From: Crocosphaera subtropica ATCC 51142 | Lineage (GTDB): Bacteria > Cyanobacteriota > Cyanobacteriia > Cyanobacteriales > Microcystaceae | Direction: 5' to 3' | NCBI RefSeq assembly: GCF_000017845.1 | Contig: NC_010546.1 | Location: 4,902,272 to 4,934,271 of the forward strand | Length of the DNA: 32,000 bases | Shown: positions 25,268 to 32,000 of the stretch, one piece after another | How the letters are laid out: each line of letters begins with the position of its first letter | How positions within the stretch are numbered: the first letter of the stretch is position 1 | Made by a program: the position numbers and the translations under genes | The notes under the pieces: generated by a model | The model's database searches: none | Told to the model about the DNA's origin: nothing | Seen by the model: the letters and a program-made list of their open reading frames with translations, nothing else

Positions 25268-26215
25268 ATGAGTAATCAAACAATTAACTTAACCATTATT
25301 GGAGCAGGATTATGGGGACAAGCGTTAGCAAAATTAGCAAAATATAATACTCAAAACAATGTGAGAATTTGGTCACGCAGAAGTAGTGAATCTTTAGAAT
25401 CCGTCGTTCAAGAAGCCGATGTGGTTCTTTCAGCTGTTTCGATGAAAGGAGTGCGGCCAACCATAGAAAAATTAACAGCATTAAATATTCCTAAAGAGAC
25501 GATTTTTATTACTGCCACCAAAGGGTTAGAACCTAAAACCACCCTTACCCCGTCACAAATCTGGAAAGAAAGCTTTCCTCATCATCCCGTTGTCGTTTTA
25601 TCGGGTCCTAATTTATCTAAAGAAATTGAAAAAGGATTACCGGCCGCTACTGTGGTAGCTAGTGATAATGTCATGGCTGCTGGTAAGGCACAACAAATCT
25701 TTTCTTCTGATATTTTTCGAGTTTATTTTAATAATGATCCCATTGGCACAGAATTAGGAGGAACCTTAAAAAATGTTATGGCCATTGCCTCTGGTGTTTG
25801 CGATGGGTTACAGTTAGGAACCAATGCCAAATCAGCCCTCCTCACCCGTGCTTTACCCGAAATGATTCGCGTTGGCAGCGAGTTAGGAGCGTCTCCAGAA
25901 ACTTTTTTTGGCCTCTCCGGATTAGGGGATTTAATCGCTACTTGCGATAGTCCTTTATCCCGTAATTATCGAGTCGGTTACGGTTTATCCGAAGGCAAAA
26001 GCTTAGAACAAATTTTAGAAGAATTACAAAGTACCGCAGAAGGGGTAAACACCGCTAACGTACTGGTAGAATTAGCCAAAAAATATAGAATCGCTATCCC
26101 CATTTCTCGCCAAGTGTATCGCCTTATCAATGGGAAAACAACCCCTCAAGAAGCTGTCAAAGAATTAATGGCGAGAGATTTAAAAGCAGAATTCGACGAT
26201 TTAGACTTTGCTTAA
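25268..26215 (+). CDS. gpsA: NAD(P)H-dependent glycerol-3-phosphate dehydrogenase
   Basis: N-terminal IIGAGLWGQALA dinucleotide fold. GpsA blocks TKGLE, LSGPNLSKEI, LKNVMAIASG and GLSGLGDLIATC. Confidence 0.9.
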   Translation: MSNQTINLTIIGAGLWGQALAKLAKYNTQNNVRIWSRRSSESLESVVQEADVVLSAVSMKGVRPTIEKLTALNIPKETIFITATKGLEPKTTLTPSQIWKESFPHHPVVVLSGPNLSKEIEKGLPAATVVASDNVMAAGKAQQIFSSDIFRVYFNNDPIGTELGGTLKNVMAIASGVCDGLQLGTNAKSALLTRALPEMIRVGSELGASPETFFGLSGLGDLIATCDSPLSRNYRVGYGLSEGKSLEQILEELQSTAEGVNTANVLVELAKKYRIAIPISRQVYRLINGKTTPQEAVKELMARDLKAEFDDLDFA

Positions 26216-26397
26216 TTGGCGTATTTAGGTTTTGTTGAGAGTAAAAAGATCCCAAAAATTTAAAACCTTGGACTAATAATTTAAAGAAGATGATTAAAAC
26301 ATAAATAAAATTAGATTCTTTGGTTAAGTTTACTCTCGCAATTATGTAGAGCTATTAAACACACTAATAGCCAGCTTGTTGTTAGTAAAAAAACGTG

Positions 26398-27756
26398 ATG
26401 ACTACAGAAAAGAAACCCAATAGAACCCGAAACTTTTTTGAATTGTGGAATATGAGTTTTGGCTTTTTTGGTATTCAATATGGTTGGGCTTTACAGATGG
26501 CCAACACCAGTGCAATTTATGAATATTTAGGAGCTAATCCCGAACAAATTCCCTTATTATGGTTAGCAGCCCCAGTCAGTGGTTTAATCGCTCAACCAAT
26601 CATCGGTTATATGAGCGATCGCACTTGGGGGCCATTAGGCAGAAGACGGCCTTATTTTCTCGTGGGTGCCATTTTAAGTTCTATTGCTTTAGTGTTAATG
26701 CCCAACTCCTCCACCTTATGGATGGCCGCAGGGTTACTGTGGATTTTAGACACTTCCGTTAACATTAGCATGGAACCTTTTAGAGCCTTCATTGCTGATT
26801 TATTACCCGAAAAACAGCACACCCAAGGTTTTTCGATGCAAACCTTCTTTATTGGCTTTGGGGCTGTGGTGGCTTCGGTTTCCCCGTGGATATTAACCCA
26901 TGTTTTCGGGTTGAGTAATACCACCAACGCAGCAGAAGGGGTTCCCTTTACCGTTAAAGTGTCATTTTACATCGGGGCAGCCGTCTTTTTATTTACGGTA
27001 CTGTGGACGGTGTTTACCACAGAAGAGAAACCCCCACAGAATTTAAAAGCCATGCAACAGGCGAACGAAAGTAAAGATGCAGGGGATAAATTAGGAGAAA
27101 TTCTCAATTTAATCAAAGCCACGCCCAAAACCATGAAACAATTAGCCGTGGTGCAGTTTTTTACTTGGTTAGGGGTTTTTTGTATGTTTCTCTACTTTCC
27201 CCCGGCAGTGGCTCATAATATTTTTGGTGCCGTAGAAGAAAATTCAGCCCTTTATACTGAAGGAATTGAATGGGCAGGTATTTGTATCGCTGTTTATAAC
27301 GGTGTTTGTTTTCTGTTTTCTTGGATATTGCCCAACCTTACAGCCAGACTCGGAAGAAAAATGACCCATTCTCTGTGTTTAATCTGCGGTGGCGTGGGAT
27401 TAATCAGTTTATTATGGGTTAATCGACCGATTTACGCTTTATTTTCTATGGTTGGCTTTGGCATTGCTTGGTCCAGTACCTTAGTGATTCCTTATTCAAT
27501 GTTATCCCATATCATTCCTGAGAAAAATATGGGGTTATATATGGGACTGTTTAATGCGTTTATTGTCATCCCCCAAATTATTGCAGCTTTGGGGTTAGGA
27601 TCAATTATGGATTACTTTCTCAATAATAACCGCTTATTAGTCGTGGTTTTAGGCGGTGTTTCTATTCTGTTAGCTGCCATCTGTATTCATTGGGTTGATG
27701 ATATAGAAACCGCCTCAACAAATAATCAAGCATTAGAAGTTCAACCCACGGTTTAA
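26398..27756 (+). CDS. MFS/GPH-family sugar (sucrose-type) : H+ symporter-like transporter
   Basis: About 12 TM helices. DRTWGPLGRRRPYFLVG loop motif as in SUC/SLC45-type transporters. The ORF-track start at 26395 is a GTG; an ATG follows at 26398. Confidence 0.75.
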   Translation: MTTEKKPNRTRNFFELWNMSFGFFGIQYGWALQMANTSAIYEYLGANPEQIPLLWLAAPVSGLIAQPIIGYMSDRTWGPLGRRRPYFLVGAILSSIALVLMPNSSTLWMAAGLLWILDTSVNISMEPFRAFIADLLPEKQHTQGFSMQTFFIGFGAVVASVSPWILTHVFGLSNTTNAAEGVPFTVKVSFYIGAAVFLFTVLWTVFTTEEKPPQNLKAMQQANESKDAGDKLGEILNLIKATPKTMKQLAVVQFFTWLGVFCMFLYFPPAVAHNIFGAVEENSALYTEGIEWAGICIAVYNGVCFLFSWILPNLTARLGRKMTHSLCLICGGVGLISLLWVNRPIYALFSMVGFGIAWSSTLVIPYSMLSHIIPEKNMGLYMGLFNAFIVIPQIIAALGLGSIMDYFLNNNRLLVVVLGGVSILLAAICIHWVDDIETASTNNQALEVQPTV

Positions 27757-27953
27757 CTAGCTATCAGCCTAAAAATTGTGCATATAATTAGGTATCTGAA
27801 AGCTTGGGTTTAAATCTCCTTCTCAAAAAGCGAGTGTGTAATTCTGCTAGACTTCGTCCGTCTTCGAGTCCGTAAGCAGAATGTAAGACTTAATGAGAGA
27901 CAGGGACTGTTTAATTCCGAGGGGTCTTAGGAATTTAAGACTTAACGAGAGAA

Positions 27954-27981
27954 ACTGGCTGCTGACTACTGATTGCTGACT
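27954..27981. repeat. Heptamer tandem repeat ACTGGCT GCTGACT ACTGATT GCTGACT
   Basis: Read directly in the convergent intergenic region between the transporter gene and petL. Confidence 0.8.
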
Positions 27982-27999
27982 GCTTTTTTAAGATAACTG

Positions 28000-28028
28000 T
28001 AGGGGTTAAGTTTCAACCTTAACCCCTA
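28000..28028. terminator. Perfect 11-bp hairpin 7 nt downstream of petL (3' stabiliser or terminator)
   Basis: TAGGGGTTAAG-TTTCAAC-CTTAACCCCTA. No canonical U-tract on the petL strand, so the function is uncertain. Confidence 0.4.
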
Positions 28029-28034
28029 TCTAGA

Positions 28035-28136
28035 TTAAATAATTTTGGCCGTGCGAAGACCGAAATATAATCCAAGGGCGATCGCTGTAAAGATCACAAT
28101 ATATCCAGCAAACGCAGCAATAGCAACTCCTGACAT
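28035..28136 (-). CDS. petL: Cytochrome b6-f complex subunit 6 (PetL), 33 aa; absent from the ORF track
   Basis: My translation of the minus strand gives MSGVAIAAFAGYIVIFTAIALGLYFGLRTAKII. It is a single TM helix whose C-terminal half resembles cyanobacterial PetL as I recall it (e.g. Nostoc ...LFTGIAAGLLFGLRSAKIL). It contains a HIP1 site (28078-28085). Confidence 0.7.
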   Translation of the reverse strand: MSGVAIAAFAGYIVIFTAIALGLYFGLRTAKII

Positions 28137-28295
28137 AAGTTTCTAGACTCCTAAATTTACGAATTCTTTGTTATTTTACCCTGAGTTTGGGATAAGCTGA
28201 AAGCCTAATAAAACCGTTGCAGACAAATAAGTTAATAAAGAGAATTGGTATTACCTGTTAGGATATGAATAAATAGTTAGAAATTAATATCTTTG

Positions 28296-28601
28296 ATGAA
28301 AGTTATTGCTGATATTTGCCTTATTCCGATGGGGGTTGGGGTTTCTGTGTCTGAGTATGTAGCTGTGTGTCAAACCATTTTTACAGAAGCTAATCTCAAT
28401 CCACAACTTCATGGATATGGAACTAATGTTGAAGGAGAATGGGATGAGGTCATGACTGCCCTTAAACGTTGTCATGAAAAAATCCACGCTATGGGAAGTC
28501 CCAGAATCAGTACCTCGATTCGTCTAGGAACTCGTACTGATAGAGAACAAACCATCGCAGATAAGATTGATAGTGTTAATTCTAACCTAACTGGAATTTA
28601 G
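28296..28601 (+). CDS. MTH1187/YkoF-family (UPF0045, thiamine-binding-like) protein
   Basis: MKVIADICLIPMGVGVSVSEYVA...HGYGTNVEGEWDEVM...H is the characteristic ferredoxin-like family pattern. The ORF-track start at 28293 is a TTG; an ATG follows at 28296. Confidence 0.8.
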   Translation: MKVIADICLIPMGVGVSVSEYVAVCQTIFTEANLNPQLHGYGTNVEGEWDEVMTALKRCHEKIHAMGSPRISTSIRLGTRTDREQTIADKIDSVNSNLTGI

Positions 28602-29256
28602 ACTAGATATTTTTCTAAATCTTTCTATGAAGAACTGATTGCTGGTGCGGTACGTTAGGTAGAAACCGAGAAATCGGGAGGATTACCTGCAAGGTTAAAA
28701 CAGAACCTTGACAACTTATTAACCATATTGGTGAAAGTCCAATCATCCCAGTTACGGGGGTTGAAAGCGCATCCTTATCTGAGGAGAATGGTCATCAAAT
28801 CAGGTAAAGCAGGATGAAATATCCAATAAGTTTGAGTCCATAAACGACCTTGGGTTAGCAGTTTAGCCATGAGTAACGAAAGTGAACCTCTATCAGAACC
28901 ATCGTTAGTTCTAAGCAGCCAAACAGACTGATAGGCTGTAAACAAAATGTTAACGAGCCAAAGGAAAGGTAGTCGGCGATGACCTTTCAAAAATGTACTT
29001 CAAGTCTTCGATGTGAAGTATTCGTAACCAACAAGGCTCCGGTGGATAAGAGGACTCTAAAGCTGAGTAAATGGTTAATAGGAACGTAATAAACCTTGTC
29101 TTTGCTCTTAGAAATAGGTCGAACATCTAAGTAGTTACCAGCGTAAGCAAGATAAGGGAGAGATTGAGTCAAAAGCAAAATCTGTCTCTGGTAATCAGAG
29201 AGGGACGCAAACAGACTCACGGTTTGAAGGATTGTAAAGTTGGAAGTAACAGTAAT

Positions 29257-31029
29257 ATGACTAATGCCCAATTGAGGAAAGTATTAACACCCACAAACGA
29301 CGGACAAAAGTGGAGTAACATCGACTGGAAAACCGTTAACAAGAAGGTGTATAAGCTACAAAACCGAATTTACAGAGCCAGTCAACGTGGGGACATTGTT
29401 GCCGTCCGCAAACTCCAAAAGATTTTGACCTCATCATGGTCAGCCAAATGCTTAGCCATAAGGAAAGTGACCCAAGAAAATCGTGGAAAGAGAACATCAG
29501 GAATAGACGGAATAAAATCATTAAGACCGTCGGCCAGATGGAAGCTCATTCAGGAACTCAAATTCACAGGAAAAAGTAAACCAGTACGAAGAGTATGGAT
29601 ACCAAAACCTGGAAAATCCGAGAAAAGACCCTTGGGAATACCAACCATAAAAGACCGAGCATTACAAACCTTAGCAAAAATGGCACTAGAACCAGAATGG
29701 GAAGCTAAATTCGAGCCTCATTCTTACGGTTTCAGACCTGGTAGGTCAGTCCATGATGCAGTAGAAGCAATATTTACAGGTATATCCAAGAAGAAGAAAT
29801 TTATTCTTGAAACCGACATAGAAAAATGCTTCGACAAAATCAACCATTCTGAATTAATTAAAAAGCTCAACACATATCCTAAATTGAGGAGACAAATCAA
29901 AGCCTGGTTAAAGGCAGGAATAATAGATGAAAATCAATTATTCCCAACAGAAGAAGGTACACCTCAAGGCGGAACTCTAAGCCCATTACTGGCAAATATC
30001 GCCTTACATGGGATGGAAAACTTACTCAAGAAAGCATTTCCCAGATTAGGAGTAGGAAATAGACAAACCTGGTTTCACTCTAAAGGACAGGAATTTTACA
30101 GTCCAATCCTAATCAGATATGCAGATGACCTTGTAGTAATACATGAAGACCAAAAAGTAATTGAGGTCTGTAAAGAGCTAATAAATGAATGGTTAAGGAC
30201 TATCGGCTTAAGACTAAAAGACAGTAAAACCAAAATTGTCCACACTTACGACGAACATAAAAGGAATAAACCAGGCTTTGATTTTCTGGGGTTTAACTTC
30301 AGACAATATAAAGCTGACAAAAATAGCTCTGGAAAATCTCCTAAAGGCGAATTACTTGGATTTAAAGCCATCATAAAACCTAGCAAGGAGAGTCTCAAAA
30401 AACACCATGAGAAATTACGAAAAATAGTCCGAAGTGAAAAAGCTTCTAAACAAGAAGTTCTCATTAGGAAACTCAATAGCGTAATTAGAGGATGGACAAA
30501 TTTTTACTCAACTGTATGCAGTAAAGATTCATTTGAGACACAAGACCATCTATTATTTTCCTGTTTAGTAAGATGGGCAAAACGGAGACACCCAAGAATA
30601 AAATCTTGGAATAAAGTCAAAAACAAATACTGGAAAACGTCAGAAACCGAAAACTGGATTTTCACTCACAAAGGTATTGAGGAAAGACTGAAAAGACACA
30701 ATCAAACGCCTATAAAAAGGCATACATTGGTCAGAGGAAATGCCTCCCCTTACGATGGAAACCACATCTATTGGAGTACCAGAATGGGTAAAAACCCTAT
30801 ATTACACGCCCGAAAAAGTGCGTTACTAAAACGTCAAAAAGGGAAATGTAACTGGTGCGGATTACACTTTAAGCAAGAAGATGTAATACAGGAAGACCAC
30901 ATTGTAGCAAAAAGTAAAAACGGTAATAACCGTTTCGACAATCTACAACTCCTACACATCCAATGTCACCAAAAGAAAAACGCTAAGGATTATCGTGACT
31001 GGTATGAATGTCAATCACCTTCAGATTGA
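29257..31029 (+). CDS. Group II intron-encoded protein: reverse transcriptase / maturase (X) / DNA-binding / HNH endonuclease
   Basis: RT blocks RRVWIPKPGKSEKRPLGIPTIKDRALQ, FGFRPGRS, QGGTLSPLLANIAL and RYADDLVV (YADD). Maturase RGWTNFY. C-terminal HNH is CNWCG...EDHIVAKSKNGNNRFDNLQLLHIQCH. The ORF-track start at 29164 is a TTG; the ATG at 29257 (MTNAQLRK...) fits typical IEP N-termini. Confidence 0.9.
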   Translation: MTNAQLRKVLTPTNDGQKWSNIDWKTVNKKVYKLQNRIYRASQRGDIVAVRKLQKILTSSWSAKCLAIRKVTQENRGKRTSGIDGIKSLRPSARWKLIQELKFTGKSKPVRRVWIPKPGKSEKRPLGIPTIKDRALQTLAKMALEPEWEAKFEPHSYGFRPGRSVHDAVEAIFTGISKKKKFILETDIEKCFDKINHSELIKKLNTYPKLRRQIKAWLKAGIIDENQLFPTEEGTPQGGTLSPLLANIALHGMENLLKKAFPRLGVGNRQTWFHSKGQEFYSPILIRYADDLVVIHEDQKVIEVCKELINEWLRTIGLRLKDSKTKIVHTYDEHKRNKPGFDFLGFNFRQYKADKNSSGKSPKGELLGFKAIIKPSKESLKKHHEKLRKIVRSEKASKQEVLIRKLNSVIRGWTNFYSTVCSKDSFETQDHLLFSCLVRWAKRRHPRIKSWNKVKNKYWKTSETENWIFTHKGIEERLKRHNQTPIKRHTLVRGNASPYDGNHIYWSTRMGKNPILHARKSALLKRQKGKCNWCGLHFKQEDVIQEDHIVAKSKNGNNRFDNLQLLHIQCHQKKNAKDYRDWYECQSPSD

Positions 31030-31030
31030 G

Positions 31031-31064
31031 GAGCCGTGTGCGCTGAAAGGTGCAAGCACGGTTT
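31031..31064 (+). ncRNA. Group II intron catalytic domain V
   Basis: 34-nt hairpin matching the DV consensus GAGCCGUAUGCGAUGAAAGUCGCACGUACGGUUC in layout: AGC triad, GAAA tetraloop and a dinucleotide bulge. Confidence 0.85.
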
Positions 31065-31201
31065 TGAAGCCGAGTCATAAAGGCGACTTTATGGCTTAGG
31101 GCAATAAGATTCAGGGGCAATAGTTTCGTTTGTTAATTAAAATAATAAAAGAGAAACCTTATACAAAATAGTATTTTAACTATTGTTTGAAAACTTATTA
31201 G

Positions 31202-31828
31202 ATGAAAATATTACTGATTCATGGTCTTAGTCGAACCCCCTTATCCCTAGCGAACCTGGAGTGGTATTTACAACAAAAAGGAGCGAAAACTGAACAGTTT
31301 GCTTATCTTGCCTTTGCAGAAACATTTGAAAAAATTGTTGAACGTTTGAGGGAGCATCTTCAAACCTTGGGCCAGCAAGGAGCTTATGGAGTGGTAGCGC
31401 ACTCCCTTGGCGGATTATTAATGCGTGCAGCCTTGGGAATAACTTCCTTGGAGCGGCCACAACACATCGTCATGTTAGGGACACCTAATCAACCCCCTCG
31501 TCTAGCTCGCTATGCTTGGCGAGTACCTCTCTTTCAATGGTGGACGGGACAATGTGGATTTAACCTCACCAATCATGACTTTTTTGCCTCCCTGCCGAAA
31601 CTTGACTCTCCTTACACCATTGTGGCAGGAACAGGCGGACCGAGAGGATTTTGGAATCCTTTTGGAAACGAACTTAACGACGGTATTGTGGCTGTGAGTG
31701 AAACCTTATTATCTGATTTTGACAACGTTATTCAATTACCGGTCTGGCATACCTTTATGATGAATGATCCTACGGTTCAACAGACAGTAGCACAAGCCTT
31801 ATGTTTAGGAGAAGCAGAGGTTATATGA
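31202..31828 (+). CDS. Alpha/beta-hydrolase (lipase/esterase-like)
   Basis: 208 aa. N-terminal ILLIHGL oxyanion-type strand and nucleophile elbow AHSLGG (GxSxG). A C-terminal D...H (NDGIV...WHTF) is consistent with a Ser-Asp-His triad. Confidence 0.8.
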   Translation: MKILLIHGLSRTPLSLANLEWYLQQKGAKTEQFAYLAFAETFEKIVERLREHLQTLGQQGAYGVVAHSLGGLLMRAALGITSLERPQHIVMLGTPNQPPRLARYAWRVPLFQWWTGQCGFNLTNHDFFASLPKLDSPYTIVAGTGGPRGFWNPFGNELNDGIVAVSETLLSDFDNVIQLPVWHTFMMNDPTVQQTVAQALCLGEAEVI

Positions 31829-32000
31829 AATCTCTTTGAAGACTATACTTTATAGTATGGTAAGCAGAGGAAGCAGAGGGAGCAGGGAAGGAGGCAATAT
31901 AGCAGTCAAAGTATAGGTTAGGACATTAATTTAACAGCAAGATCCACTCGTTCTCGAAAATTTTCAATTGTTCCTTGTGACTTTCTAACGAAATTTCATA

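Larger units (their letters stand above)
28645..31105 (+). mobile_element. Full-length group II intron (about 2.46 kb) with an RT-maturase-HNH ORF in domain IV
   Basis: 5' GTGCG at 28645-28649. Domain V at 31031-31064 (GAGCCGTGTGCGCT-GAAA-GGTGCAAGCACGGTTT, AGC triad, 2-nt bulge). The domain VI helix (31068-31101) has a GCGA loop and a bulged A at 31098, 7 nt before a terminal ...AAT. The 3' boundary is uncertain by roughly 10 nt. Confidence 0.85.

Noticed and set aside
27863-27871. tRNA/tmRNA-like T-loop TTCGAGTCC
   Set aside because: The flanking bases (CCGTC / GTAAG) cannot form a T-stem. No acceptor or anticodon arm can be drawn, and the motif lies in the loop region of a larger hairpin.
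28137-28295. TPP riboswitch upstream of the YkoF/MTH1187-like gene
   Set aside because: It contains CCTGAG and ACCTGTTAGGATATG, which loosely resemble the CUGAGA and ACCUGAUCUGGAUAAUGCCAGCG elements. However, the CCAGCG half and the pairing partners are missing, so the similarity is too weak.
28775-29271. Minus-strand ORFs 28775-28990 and 28987-29271 (also 29336-29521 and 30246-30476)
   Set aside because: They lie inside group II intron domains I-IV or antisense to the IEP. Their translations are featureless. They are shadow ORFs.

Overview
This looks like a cyanobacterial chromosomal segment. Evidence: 17 perfect HIP1 octamers (GCGATCGC), heptameric STRR-like tandem repeats in most native intergenic regions, and petL, a cruF/cruG-like pair, a CikA-like kinase, cobN/cobU and class-1 FBPase. 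The AT-rich composition resembles unicellular Cyanothece/Crocosphaera-type genomes, but that is inference only. Most of the window is housekeeping: ETHE1-like dioxygenase, MDR oxidoreductase, TldD, FHA protein, pgl, nanE, cobN, cobU, fbp, gpsA, an MFS sugar transporter and an alpha/beta hydrolase. Five small accessory or unusual elements sit among these genes. (1) A cas-less mini-CRISPR-like array (two perfect 36-nt repeats plus a degenerate third) at 2345-2538, bracketed by copies of a TTGCGAGGG motif. (2) A very AT-rich type II restriction-modification cassette (C5-MTase plus a PD-(D/E)xK nuclease) at 7626-9706; its R gene start overlaps the stop of the upstream glycosyltransferase. (3) A 1.8-kb islet between cobN and cobU holding a BrnT toxin gene with an in-frame TGA, an intact brnA, and a translationally coupled Uma2-nuclease/SLOG (TIGR00725) pair. 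(4) A complete, apparently intergenic group II intron with an RT-maturase-HNH ORF at about 28645-31105. (5) A 33-codon petL gene absent from the ORF track. I see no clearly unprecedented multi-gene system. The best candidates for follow-up are the orphan mini-array with its flanking motif and the Uma2-SLOG pair.
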